This document shows positions 1 through 11,326 of a DNA stretch of 64,000 bases, piece by piece. Position 1 is the first letter of the stretch, and the number at the start of each line of letters is the position of its first letter. Under the pieces are notes generated by a model, which did not search any database, was not told where the DNA came from, and worked only from the letters and a program-made list of their open reading frames with translations. The DNA is from Ascidiella aspersa (taxonomy: Eukaryota): assembly GCA_963924565.1 (NCBI GenBank), contig OZ004608.1, forward strand, positions 15,934,001 to 15,998,000, written 5' to 3'. Position numbers and translations under genes: made by a program.

Positions 1-1163
1 TATCAGGGACCAAACAAGTGAGGTTTTTATTGGCTTGTATATTATAAATAGTCATTGTTTAGTTGTTCTACCCTACCTGAACGAGTCTAAAGGTATAAAT
101 TCAGTACAGTAATTTTATTGTATAATGGATTTCATCCTGTGAAACAAGATATTAGTTTCGTGAAACAAGATATTAGTTTCGTGAAAATAAACCGATAAAC
201 TTAAAAAAGTCTAAATTAATAAAAACTATACTTTCTCGTGTACACGTTTTGGTAGCTTGCCATCTGAAATTGTCTATCCAGATAAAAATGTAACATTGAC
301 GAAAATATTGCTTTCAGTTGACAGCTGGGTTAAGCCACCAGAAAACAGCACCGACGTTATCGGCACCATTACGAACTATGAAGAGTACACTGAAGGGAAC
401 TCTACATACTACCTCTTTGACTTGGACGGTACAAAGTTTTCAAGTTACTTAGTTTTTTTATAGAAAATATGTTTTTTTAATGTTTATATATAACTACAGG
501 CAATAAACTAAAATCATAGCTAATAGTGTCCCAAGGGGTTACACGCGTCTGTTGGTGAATTAACAAAGTCGCAGATATTTTGATTAGCTTTTTTTGTTTT
601 CATTGGGTTGTTCTATTTATCTATAATGCACATTACATTAGTAGCCTACAACGTGCCCCAATTGGACCTATGGCCATGTTTTTAAGTATGATTACCTGTA
701 TAAACAAATTTTAAAACCAGAACATTATTATTTCGAAAGCCTAATACAGAGTTTGACTCTACAGTGTTTTTGTTGTCGTAATTCTTATTCACGATGAATT
801 AAAAACTGTGGTCCATCAAAGGTATAAAGGTGTTGTCTTACATGGAATAAAAGCTTAAAGCATAGCCCACATTTTCGTTAAAGTATATAGTTTACATTGA
901 TGGTCGGTAATGAGGCAATCATCCTTTCTAAGACAACAAAGATTCAAAATTCATAACATAAGCAATTTTTTGTTTATGCAGCTGACCCTTATGAAACGAC
1001 CAATATCGCCTCAACCAACACTCTCAAGTTCAACGCCATGAAGGTCAAATTGCGCGAAGCCAAAGCCATGGTCATACAAGCAATTGCTGACGATACTTCG
1101 GACGCCGGTAATCCGGCCAACAACGACCCGGCATCTTGGAGTCCGGGATTTTGTACAGTCTAA
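1..1163 (+). CDS. 3' end of arylsulfatase B/I/J-like gene (5' part outside window); exons 1-17, 256-428, 982-1163
   Basis: Phases match across GT-AG introns. The spliced translation ...SWVKPPEN...YYLFDLDADPYETTNIAS...KVKLREAK...GNPANNDPASWSPGFCTV* has the sulfatase C-terminal signature (W..PP; LFDL..DP.E..N.A; terminal W.PG.C). Confidence 0.85.
139..186. repeat. 21-bp tandem duplication GTGAAACAAGATATTAGTTTC x2.3 (intronic)
   Basis: Exact copies at 139-159 and 160-180, plus a partial copy at 181-186. Confidence 0.9.
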
Positions 1164-2153
1164 AAAGCTGGATACAATATGCCGCTTAAGCCTATATCCC
1201 TAAAGCGCTTCTTGCTAAAAACTTATAGTATTTACAAACATCGGTTTGCTGAGGGCTGGTATTTGTTTAAGCATTCCAAGATAAAAATCGATTCTCATCG
1301 TAAAACAGTAAACTAAATGCCGCATTTGAAACTGTGTGTATATGTTTGATTAATTGAATATGAAAAATAATATCAATTGAGTTATTTTTGCTGTATGCAT
1401 AGCTTGAAAATCATTGCGGAAAATTACTTAGATAAGGCGCTTGCATCGCAGCTTCATATATAACAAAACGTGTATTATGTAATTTTGGAGAAACGATCAA
1501 CCCATTATGGCAATCGGCATTCGGCCGATATATTTAAAAAAATTCGGCTGTGTATAATGTAATAAAAGAATAAATGAAGGATTTTAATGAGGAGTGTAAG
1601 AAAATCTACGCAGCATCGTAGGCTTCCTATAGGATTTTTCCATTTTATAAATCACGCTTTAAAATCCTACTTTTCATTTATGCTATTTTGCCGTATGTGC
1701 TCTATGCCAATAAAAGTAATTTAAAGCATAAGCAACGTGGGTATTTGTAGGAATCAAATTTAAGAGCTTTCTTTAAGACGATATTGAAAAGCGTTATATT
1801 TCAGAACGTGTAAATCCTAAATTAAAAGTGGTAAATTTAACTCTACCTAAATAAATAAAGCTAAAACAATTAAGCAACAGGTAAAACGTTGACGCTGTGT
1901 TTAGACTGATTATTCACGACAAGGTTTTGCGATTTTTCAGAAAAGTCATCCTGCAGTTTGTTAGTCCAAAAGCAAAACGAGTTTCCAACCAGTCGTAGAG
2001 AAATTCCTTTAAATCTACGTATTGTATAGTAATAAATAGTGCCTTTTGTTTAATTGTCAGGGCCTTTCAATTCTTATTTGGCTGACCATGCAAGTATCTG
2101 CTTTTTCTTGAACAATATTTTTGGGGCTGAGAAAAGTAGCCTAATTAAACATT

Positions 2154-2930
2154 ATGGACAGAAAACATTGGCGCCGCACAGGTAAAGGCAAACCAAAGCT
2201 GTATTCTTCGAAAGCAGATCGGTAACACGTTATGGTTGTTTGCTATAAAAAAAAACCTTACTCGTTTTCTGCGTGAGCATATAATAATCAAAAAGTTCCT
2301 GATTGAAGTCGTATCTAAAGAACCATAACATTTATAAAGGTGTGGCTTGCCACTTCATGCACAATTTAAAAGAGAAAGTTGTGATTGAATCGCCATTTAT
2401 GAGGCCTTCATGAGTAGCCTACTACATTTAATTAGTTTCAAACCAGATAGTTGTTTGTAACAAAAAACCGCTCGAGATAATATGAATTGAGTTGGTTTAT
2501 TAGGTATGCCCATTAGGTAACTAATAACTTAATAAGTGTATTTTATAGAAAAAATTGAACCTGTAAGATTACTTAGCTGACATAGCTGCAAAAATGGAGA
2601 ATCGCCGCTTGAACTCCATGGGACCGTCAAGCTCAACAGTCCACAGCGATTGTTTTTTTAAAGTTTTTTTTTTGTTTATGTAAAGGCAGCAATAAACTTC
2701 ATGTTGTTTAAAAAAGTACTGTATAGCCTATAACCCGTATGATCAGCCCAGAGAGCAAGTAGATGTTTTAGCGATAGTTTTTTTTAGATATAGATCTGAA
2801 CACACGTATTCCACTTGTGCCTGTTGGAGTTCATCAGTGTTTTGGTTACAGTGCAATGTGGTCTCCAGACGAAAAGGAGTGCCCTGGTACGTCTTACGAC
2901 AACCTTGTTTTGTATAAAGCCTTTTTTTAA
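2154..2930 (+). CDS. Possible small 2-exon ORF (~56 aa; exons 2154-2181, 2788-2930), unverified
   Basis: ATG...CAG|GTAAAG phase-1 donor joins in frame to a TTTTTTTAG acceptor, giving MDRKHWRRTDIDLNTRIPLVPVGVHQCFGYSAMWSPDEKECPG... No recognisable homology. Confidence 0.2.
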
Positions 2931-3450
2931 TATATTCTTTGGACACTATATAAACCTTTTATATCTTACTGCGAACTACGTAAAAAAACAACTGATTCCA
3001 ATTTGGAACATAGCCTACAGGCTACAATCCTACACAAGTTACCAGTAAAATAACTACAAACGAAAATATTTAAGAAACCTTTAATTGATGATGCCATATT
3101 AAAACCATTATAATATCATTGCTTTAATTAAAGCATTAAAAAACAAACTTTAGTTATCTTTTTAAATTAAACGTCAAATTCACTGACAATTTTTATCGAA
3201 CGGGATATACCTTAATATGTTAGAACCACTGATTTATATGAGATGAGGTGGTTAGAACTCTACGCAGCCAAGTGTTACCGATTAAAGTTATTGATAAAAT
3301 TTTGCTGTCTTTATTATTTGTTTCGTCACAAGAAAATCAATAACAGTAGCAATGTCACAGTTCTTAATTCTTACTTTAAAAAAACGCCCATAGTGTGCAA
3401 AGGGTGGTGCTGGCAGTCTGTTTTTTAGTTAGACAAGAACTAAATAAAAG

Positions 3451-4763
3451 ATGGTGTTTTTTATGCGAGTTGGTTCAACTATTTTTACTTCTTCTAAAGC
3501 TTTGGATGACCTGTTAATTGAATCAAGTTCCATCTCGCTTAAAGAAGTTCTTGACAGTCTTGTGATTCGTACATTTACGTTGCTGATGACTGCAATTTTG
3601 ATTGTTGCTTTTGTTTTTAAAGCTGGAAAACTAGTTTTTAAAAGGTGAACGCTATCTAAAGTGACCTTTATTCTCTTAACGCTTACAGTACTGTAGTAAA
3701 TAATACCGATTAATATTATATTTTTTTGGACAGTAGATTAGCGGCGTTGATTCAACGAAAGTGTAATGACTTGTCTAACGTTGGCTGTAAATCAACTATT
3801 AAGGTAAAAGGATAAAGCTGAATTTGTACTTTGATGTAAAATGTCGTGAACATTTATGTCAGTTTAGATTTCAAACGATACTGAGCAAACTTTTATCGAC
3901 AAAAATACGGTGTCGCGAAGCGACGAAAAACAGACAACAGAAGAAGTTGGCCTTGAAGGTATAGGCCTGCTTAACATATCTTTTTACTTTTGTTTTTGTT
4001 TATTTTCTAACCTACACTTGACTGTATTTCAGGTGAATCAAATGACAAAAATGAAATGCGAGCGAAGCTTTCTCCGAATTCTTCGGGCTTCCCATTTACA
4101 GCCCTAAATGAGCTGCCAAGGCAAAATAAAAGCCACACTCCAAATGCAACAAAAACAATATCTAAAAGCGGCCAGGCTCCTGTAGCGCTTGTTTCTTTCG
4201 ACACCCATGAGTCCTGTCACTGTCCGTTGCCAAAACTGACACTACCAGTGTGCACAGCAGCACAAGGCAAAAACGATTGCGTCACCAATTCGACGCAGAC
4301 CATTTTCGGTGCATTTCGAAAGCTGCCCGCATTAAAGCCGCGAACAAAGTTTAATAAAAGCACCCAAACCAAACTTGGCTCAGACCGTCGGAAAGAGGCG
4401 CAGAAAACCAAGTGCAACAAAAAGGCCAGCTCTATGCCGAACTTGGCAACATGCCTAGAGGTCAATGAAGAGTTTGCCGAGAATAAAGGCAAACCGGGTG
4501 GCCGTCATAGTGTCCTAGAAACTAGAAACGACGTATCCAGGAAGGGTAGAGCAGCCAACCCTGCAGTGGAGGACTGGCTCCGTGAATGCAATTCCAGGAT
4601 AGAAGATGTGTCTAATCGGCAAGAATACCAACTGAAAAAGGGTATTGCCATCGCCTCCCCACACAAGAGCATAACGTCTAAAGTAACCCCGCCAAGTAAT
4701 ATGGAACGATCACTGTCAAAATTGCCGCAAACAAAAATATCAAAAAAGAAACGTCAACTGTAG
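3451..4763 (+). CDS. Uncharacterised single-pass membrane protein, ~361 aa; exons 3451-3644, 3734-3803, 3868-3958, 4033-4763
   Basis: Three short GT-AG introns with matching phases (2,0,1) join ORF 3451 to ORF 4056-4763. One hydrophobic segment (TFTLLMTAILIVAFVF) is followed by a long basic, K/S/T-rich, probably disordered tail. Confidence 0.7.
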
Positions 4764-5848
4764 TTTTGTCATTTGCATCGTGTCATTTGTAGCTTTTAGC
4801 TGCTAAATGCGACTTATTATTACCATTAATAAATTGTGCAGGTTTTACACGGACGAAAGATATATTTAGGAAAGCTATTGTACAGGTATTTAGGTATAGA
4901 GTTAGAAAACAATAAATCAAATAATATTTTTCTGTATTGTATAGACTTGATTATTTTTGTTCCAGTCAGTAAGCAACGCGATTTTATTATTTCTAAGGGG
5001 TGCCAAAAAAGGTTGAAAACCACTGCTAAAAAATTAAATATGTTGTCGACAATTGTTTACGTCTACGTGTGCTTTTGGCATTTTAATTATTTTCGAAAAA
5101 ATATGTATAAGCGCAGTAAAACGGAATCAATGTATGAAATAGAATTAGCTCGACCAGGCAACATATCTTTGAGAAAAAAATAAATAGCATTGGCCATGCG
5201 ATTCGGTTTATTTTCTTGTCAGACTTGAGCCTCGAGTAAGGCTACTGCAAAATTATTAGCTACTCGAGTCCTAAGCCCTATACATGCGCTTGCGGTTTGA
5301 AACCAGTAAATCGTAAACGTGAAGCAGCATAGGATAGATTTTTCCACCATAGGCTATTGTGAATGGATGCTAAGTTGGAGCAGGACTTGGGACTCGACTT
5401 AACTTTTCTAGATTAGGAGTCTGACTTTTTTTTTTCTAGGTTAATAATCAAATTTCTTTGACGTGCACCATAGTCACTATAGTTATGATATTGCTCAAAT
5501 TAGGCCCGAGTACCAACCATTTTATAAGGCTACTGATTTTGCGTAAATTAAAGTTGACACTTTTCGGAAGGCTAGAAAGTTATTCAATATTGATTAGATA
5601 AATTTTTTAATATATTTTTTATTTTTTTTATTTACTGCAAGTACTGTATTTAAATCATTTTTTATTTGAAGTAGCATATAGTAGTCATGTAGAATTTGTA
5701 GAGTAAAAAAAATGTTAAGCCCCTCTGTTACGTCATATAAGATTGAAAACAATGGGGTTTTGGCAAATTTACTTTTTGGGAAATTTTGCGACATTCGTGG
5801 ATTGATTTTTAGTATTACTGAATAAAAAAATTAAGAGAAGCTATCAAA

Positions 5849-8800
5849 ATGGCATTTTGTGCAATCGATGCGAAAACGGTTGACAGACAATTAAACATTG
5901 AGGTAAATTATTACCATCCATTTGTTTTATGTAGAGTTTTATAGGTATTTTTAAACATAGGCCTAAATTCAAATTAAAAAAAAACGAAAGGCCTATTTTT
6001 TTCTTTTCGCTACTATTGGTGTTTTTTACAGTTGTAGTGTATCACGTTTGTCCATGATTTGTATTATAGAATAAAATGCTTGCGATAAAAAATAAATGTA
6101 ATACAAAAAAAAGTTGAAATATCAGCGCGAAAATAAATAGAAACAATTTTGTGGCCCCTAATGTTGCAAACCTAGCAAGCAAATAATTTTCAACTATACT
6201 ACTTGTTTTTTTTTTAGTTTCCGATTAACAACACAAAAAGCATTTTAAAAGGCATTCCCGGAAACAAGAAAAATCATATTCGAGATGTCGGTAACGTCCA
6301 TGCTGAAGGTATTTTGCACTAAAATTCGTAGGCCTACATTTATCTTGATTTAATTTTATTCTGGAAAATATAACTTTTATGACTTTTTGCAAAAAACATA
6401 TATGTTTATCCAGCTACATTACAGATCCGTGTATATCAGGGGTTCTTAACCTTTTTTGTATGTTTTACCCCTTTAACAAAGATGAATATCAGATTTACCC
6501 CCCATTATATAAAATAGTTCTCATCTAGTAGAAACAGTAAAGTAACAAATTACATCAGGTATAATCAATGCGACTGGTTCCCTTGCTTTTGGCAACGAGT
6601 TGTTGTCAAAACATTCCAGTTTGGTCTATTTTTTCCATTTCAGACTGGACAGTTTTGACTAAAAACTCCAGTTTTTGCTCATCATAATTGGATGGGAATT
6701 TGCTAGGAGCCGGTTTCATGGTACTGTTTAAAAATGTTTCCACGCACGAGACACACTGAGGAACTTAAAGACCATTCTCAATAAGATATGTAAATCCAAA
6801 ATTAAAATCATTTTTCTGGTACTTTCTCTTCTTTTGGGACATGTCATTTTTTTTTCACTTTTACAGACTATAATAATCAGTCAATGAGTTGTTTAAAGCC
6901 TTAATCATTGGACTAAAAAGATCAACAATAAACTAACTTGGCCAGTTAAGCCGTACCCAGTGACAAAATTAGGCAATCACATGTATAACCAGCACTGAAA
7001 TTTCAAAAAGTGTATCGGAGCTTTCAAAACTGCTCGCAGACACATTACCTTAATCCAGTGGTCTCCAATCTTTGAAACAAGCGACCCCAATTGAAATAAA
7101 ATGTAATCAGAATTTACATTGCGACCCCATTTTGAAGACAATTATAGGCAATGTTAAAACAAGTGCTATAGAATGCAGCAGAACGGGCACCTCCTTCGCT
7201 GGGGAATGTATTTATAATGACAAGTAAAAAATGTTTTTAGCGATAAATCTCTTCGCCTGTTTGTGTTTCTAAGTGGATATGCTTTCTAATTTGGCCAGTG
7301 GAATGCAACCTCAGAAAACGCGGATGTTTTACTAGAAATCAACAGCATTTGTTATGATGTTACAAATGAGGGACGATTTTAAACATCTCCGTCTACTGTC
7401 TACGTTTGACACACTGGTACATGTCACTTGGTGTGGTTTTAGAAAAAGTGCGACATTTGCTGCGCTAAATCAAAAAACACAAATTTTGTCAAATGTACGT
7501 TAACAGATATAGCAGCTCTTAAGAGCTAAAAACAGCAATTTTCATTTAGAAGATGCACTCAGTCACGTTTATTAGTGGGACCTCATTGTAAAGAAAACTA
7601 AATACACAAATCGTACTAAAACATTACGAATATGGCGAGTTATGGCGGACCCACAAAAACTTTAGGCGACCTCACTTGGGGTCGAGACCCACAGGTTGAA
7701 GACCACTGCCTTAATCTATGCCGTGATTGCCGAAGAACCTAATTTATTCAAACAGTAAATTACGTATTAATGAAGTAACTAAGAGATAAGGATATTGCCA
7801 AGAAACGAAAAAAATGATCAATTAGCGAAGCATAACGTTATCGATAAGGCGATAAAAAATCAATAGGGTACTAGGCTAGCTTCAAAAAAGCAGTTCTAGG
7901 AAACTATGCTACCAATACCTACAGCTGGCACTATTTTTCTGTCTCGTCAGCAGATGTGGATATTTTGATTGATAGCTAATTTACCCCCCAAAGTGTGGAA
8001 ATTTACCCCCAGGGGTAAATTTACCCCAGGTTAAGAAAGGCTGGTGTATAGTGTACCCAACATATCGTTCATTGCAGATAAACGACGTCCGGTTTTGGGA
8101 AAATCGTCGCTTGTCATTACCAGCTATCCGGGAGCCGAAGAATTTGGTGGACACTTGGATCCTGAGCATGAGTATTGGCTGTCTTTTTGGTCAACGAGGA
8201 AGCACCAGTTCGCAAATATACCAAGAGTTAAGTGGGAAAACGTGGCAGAAATAATCAACAATATGTCGAGCGAAGAAGTACAAGACGTACGAGAATCTCC
8301 AACCGAAGAGGACTGGCTCCGATACTGTGAGGAGGAAATAGCACAACAGAAAAAAATTAAAGATGTCTCACAACAAAAAAATATTTCGCCTGATGTGCCA
8401 GTTCCAAAAACATACGAGAAGTTTGCTCCGAAGAAAGGATCTTTGGGTGATGCGGAAAATAAAAAAATCGCTTCTAAAATCTCCAAACAGATTGATAAAA
8501 AGACTGGTATCTTAGCAAAGGTTCAAAACAACCTGGAAAGCCGTTTGCTCGAGGGAAACACCTATGTTGATGATAGTCCGTACTCATCAAATAGTTTCCC
8601 AAGTACGTCTGCAGCAAATGACAGTTTTGAGATAACTGATGTAAGTAAATCTGCCAATATTTTTTTTTATATCGTATTCAATTATTTTTATAAACTTTTT
8701 TACGGCAGGCACCAACAGACTGTGATAGTTTCGATCTACAGACCGAAGTGTTCGATTTCGTGGACGAATTTCCAGACGATTTACCGCTAATAACGAGCGA

Positions 8801-8891
8801 AGACATCAGTCAGTTGTGTTGCAGAACCTTACTGCTAAAAGCGCCGACGCCAGAAGAGTCTAAAGAAGTTGAGGAATGGCTACGCTCATAA
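5849..8891 (+). CDS. Uncharacterised protein, ~296 aa, with SILK and RVxW motifs; exons 5849-5902, 6218-6308, 8078-8640, 8709-8891
   Basis: Canonical splice sites with matching phases (0,1,0) give a continuous ORF from MAFCAIDAKTVDRQLNIE to ESKEVEEWLRS*. The C-terminus is acidic. Confidence 0.75.
6565..6842 (-). pseudogene. Buster/Charlie-type hAT transposase relic: BED-finger N-terminus close to the extreme C-terminus
   Basis: The minus strand reads MSQKKRKYQKNDFNFGFTYLIENGL*VPQCVSCVETFLNSTMKPA (KRKY..FGF..PQCV.C..MKP), then frameshifts, and ends QGNQSH*, resembling the Q..SH* end of this family. Confidence 0.75.
7056..7708. mobile_element. Non-autonomous hAT MITE nested inside the previous element
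   Basis: TIRs are CAGTGGTCTCCAA and TTGAAGACCACTG. Perfect 8-bp TSD CCTTAATC at 7048-7055 and 7709-7716. Subterminal GCGACC motifs are present. Confidence 0.93.
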
Positions 8892-10240
8892 TTTGCCAAC
8901 TATTCGGAGCAACACAACAATGTTTTAACGAAATATTTAACGTGTTCGAAACTGTGCTTTCGCACTGCGTACAGCTCCGAAGCGTTTTTTTTTTTTACTT
9001 TTTTGTGTAATAAAACTCAGATTGACATAAACGTGTTTATGTTTAACTTTATACGAAGGTTATAACTCTAGGCAGGTTCTTTATAATAAAATGGTTCAAA
9101 CAACTTTACCTTTCCATTTATAAAAAAATATTTAAAATCCGATATAGCCTTAAAAAGTTCCATATATCAGGTTAAGGTTTACAAAAGCAAGTTACACGTT
9201 GGTGTAGGGGCGGATCGAGGATTTTGTTTGGGGTATAGCATAACATTTTTCAGATATTAGGTCTCTTTTTCAGATAATATTAGGTCTTTACATATAACAA
9301 AATATCTTCCACATGCAGAAAATGTTGCATTAAAACAACACAATATTAAATTGGTCTTCGATCGGTATTGATAGCACCCTAGTATCCAAAAAGAATCGAT
9401 ACTACGACCAACCTGATGCCATCGGACACACTACTGGTAAATAAAATAAAAATAAAAGGACAAAATTGTAACATTCTCCTTAAAAGCATGTTCTGTATCA
9501 ATAATATATACCTATTGATGAAGCACAGTTTTCACGAGGATATTTAAAATGACTTTTTAATTTCACAATGAACACAACTTATTTATATTAGAGTAGACCA
9601 CGCTGTACTGCATTTATTAAGCAAATTTTCATTAAATTATAAACCCCTGTGAACCAACTAGTTTTAGGAATAATTTGATTGTAATGAACCACAGTAAAGT
9701 ACACTAAGGATACATTTTCATTTTAAAGCGAAGCACGACCAAGATTGTTGTTTAGAATGCATATTATTTATGTCTGTTTGCTTTCAGACAACTTGAAAGA
9801 TAAAAAAGATATGAATTATCACGTGAGATATGCGACCCAAATACCTATTCAAGTAAAATAAATTATAAGAAAAATGCGACTAAAGATTAATTTAAACGCC
9901 AGTATGCATACCAAATGTCAACAATTACGTCATCAGTAACGCCTGACCAACATAAAAGGAACATTTAGCATTGTATGAGAGCACCTGTTGTTTTCTACTT
10001 TTTAGTATTCAAATTGTGGCGATTTCACACACAAAAAAGTACAACATGATTTGTAGGAGAATCAATACAAAGAATAAATTAACTTCAACTATAAGTGATA
10101 TCTGAAAAAACTCAAACAAGCTTACCTTTAAAATGTTACGTCATAAAAAAATATATGGGATACCTCTTGCGCGAAGGTACGAATTAACCAAATAATAACA
10201 GTTAAAGACGGGGCTAGATCTTTAGAAAGTCTTTTTAAGT

Positions 10241-11326
10241 TCAGTTGGCAGTGCTCCACACGCTAACTCGGGCAGCTGTTAACGACTGCTTACTGCTGCC
10301 TCTTTGCCGCTTTTTCAGTTTAAAGCAGGCCGGGAAAAGTCTACATTTCCAGTCGATAAACGACATCATGATGAAAACAAATCCCAATACCAATTCCAGA
10401 TCCCAAAGACCGGTTCGGACGAAAACCGATCGCGTCGACAGAATGCTGTTCAAAACAGTGACGCCAATAAATATGGTGATACAGAGCATATCCGCCAGCA
10501 AGATCCTTTTTATTACCGCCATAAGCTCCTTGACATTTCTGTTACCGCCGGAGCCACAGTTTAGGTTGAGCGAATGGCGCCTGTGCTTTATCAGAGGATA
10601 GAGCAAGAGACCCAGAAACAGCAGCCGATATACGATTATAAGAGCAAGGGTTCCGCCTAGTATTACTGTTTCCCACAAATCCTCCATTTTGCCGCTCGTA
10701 TTCACTACACACGTCCCAGCATCGCTGTCGCGTTTAGCTGATCCGACGAGCGCGAACACCGTAAGCGTCAACAGGGTGGCAATAATCATAACGAAATAGA
10801 AGAGCCAGCTGACAAAGCTGGTGGTTGTGCTGGAGATCTGCCGCATTGCCGGGTGCATGTAAAAAATCTTCTGCCGCAGCCACAGAATCGAGTTTAGCAG
10901 GATCTCGTTGACAGCGCGTAAGGCCATGTGTACCTTAGCCAGCAAAACACATAGCGTTGGGTCGGGCACAAAAAAGTAAGCCACGGCCCCGCCGAGTCCG
11001 GTCGATGATGTTACCACTGTGAACAAAGCCGTGAACATACAAAGATACCTTAAAGACCTGCCGAACTTGGCGGTGCGCCTGCTGCCGCCACCATACTGCG
11101 ACGACTGGCTGCTATTTCTATCCACCCTGCTTCGTCGAGTGGCCAGGTACATGTAGTGGCATAAAGCGCCGGCAAGATACAGGGCGATCGTTGCAAGAAT
11201 AGCGGACGCGACAAGAACTCCAATCCACTGTTCCGTTAACTTTCCTGCAAAGTCTTTCGGTGTCGCTGTCGCATTAACTTTAATCGGAGGCCAAGGCATG
11301 TTCATTTTCATTCCAGTGTTTGCCAT
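10241..11326 (-). CDS. Intronless orphan 7-transmembrane (GPCR-like) receptor, 361 aa
   Basis: Seven hydrophobic helices, an N-terminal NAT sequon, Cys at the top of TM3 (TLCVLL) and in ECL2 (GTCVV), and a basic C-tail. WLRQ occupies the DRY position and there is no NPxxY. Confidence 0.88.
   Translation of the reverse strand: MANTGMKMNMPWPPIKVNATATPKDFAGKLTEQWIGVLVASAILATIALYLAGALCHYMYLATRRSRVDRNSSQSSQYGGGSRRTAKFGRSLRYLCMFTALFTVVTSSTGLGGAVAYFFVPDPTLCVLLAKVHMALRAVNEILLNSILWLRQKIFYMHPAMRQISSTTTSFVSWLFYFVMIIATLLTLTVFALVGSAKRDSDAGTCVVNTSGKMEDLWETVILGGTLALIIVYRLLFLGLLLYPLIKHRRHSLNLNCGSGGNRNVKELMAVIKRILLADMLCITIFIGVTVLNSILSTRSVFVRTGLWDLELVLGFVFIMMSFIDWKCRLFPACFKLKKRQRGSSKQSLTAARVSVWSTAN

Larger units (their letters stand above)
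6437..8043 (-). mobile_element. Non-autonomous hAT (Charlie/Buster-type) DNA transposon, internal-deletion derivative
   Basis: TIRs are CAGGGGTTCTTAACCT and AGGTTAAGAAAGGCTG. The 8-bp TSD is GTGTATAT/GTGTATAG (6429-6436, 8044-8051). A transposase relic lies inside. Confidence 0.88.

Noticed and set aside
4836-5183. 115-aa ORF downstream of the 3451-4763 gene
   Set aside because: AT-rich I/K/Y/F composition, GTG start, and it lies in the probable 3'UTR or intergenic region.
8044-8790. 248-aa ORF as a stand-alone gene
   Set aside because: Its start lies in a transposon TSD and its end reads through an intron. Only 8078-8640 is exonic in that frame.
9515-9540. TTGATGAAGCACAGTTTT, resembling the 58.4-kb hammerhead
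   Set aside because: C3 and the GAAA strand are missing. Treated only as a possible decayed repeat fragment.
10245-10601. ORFs antisense to the 7TM gene, and similar ORFs antisense to TRIM and ZNF277 exons
   Set aside because: These are shadow ORFs caused by codon bias of the real strand.
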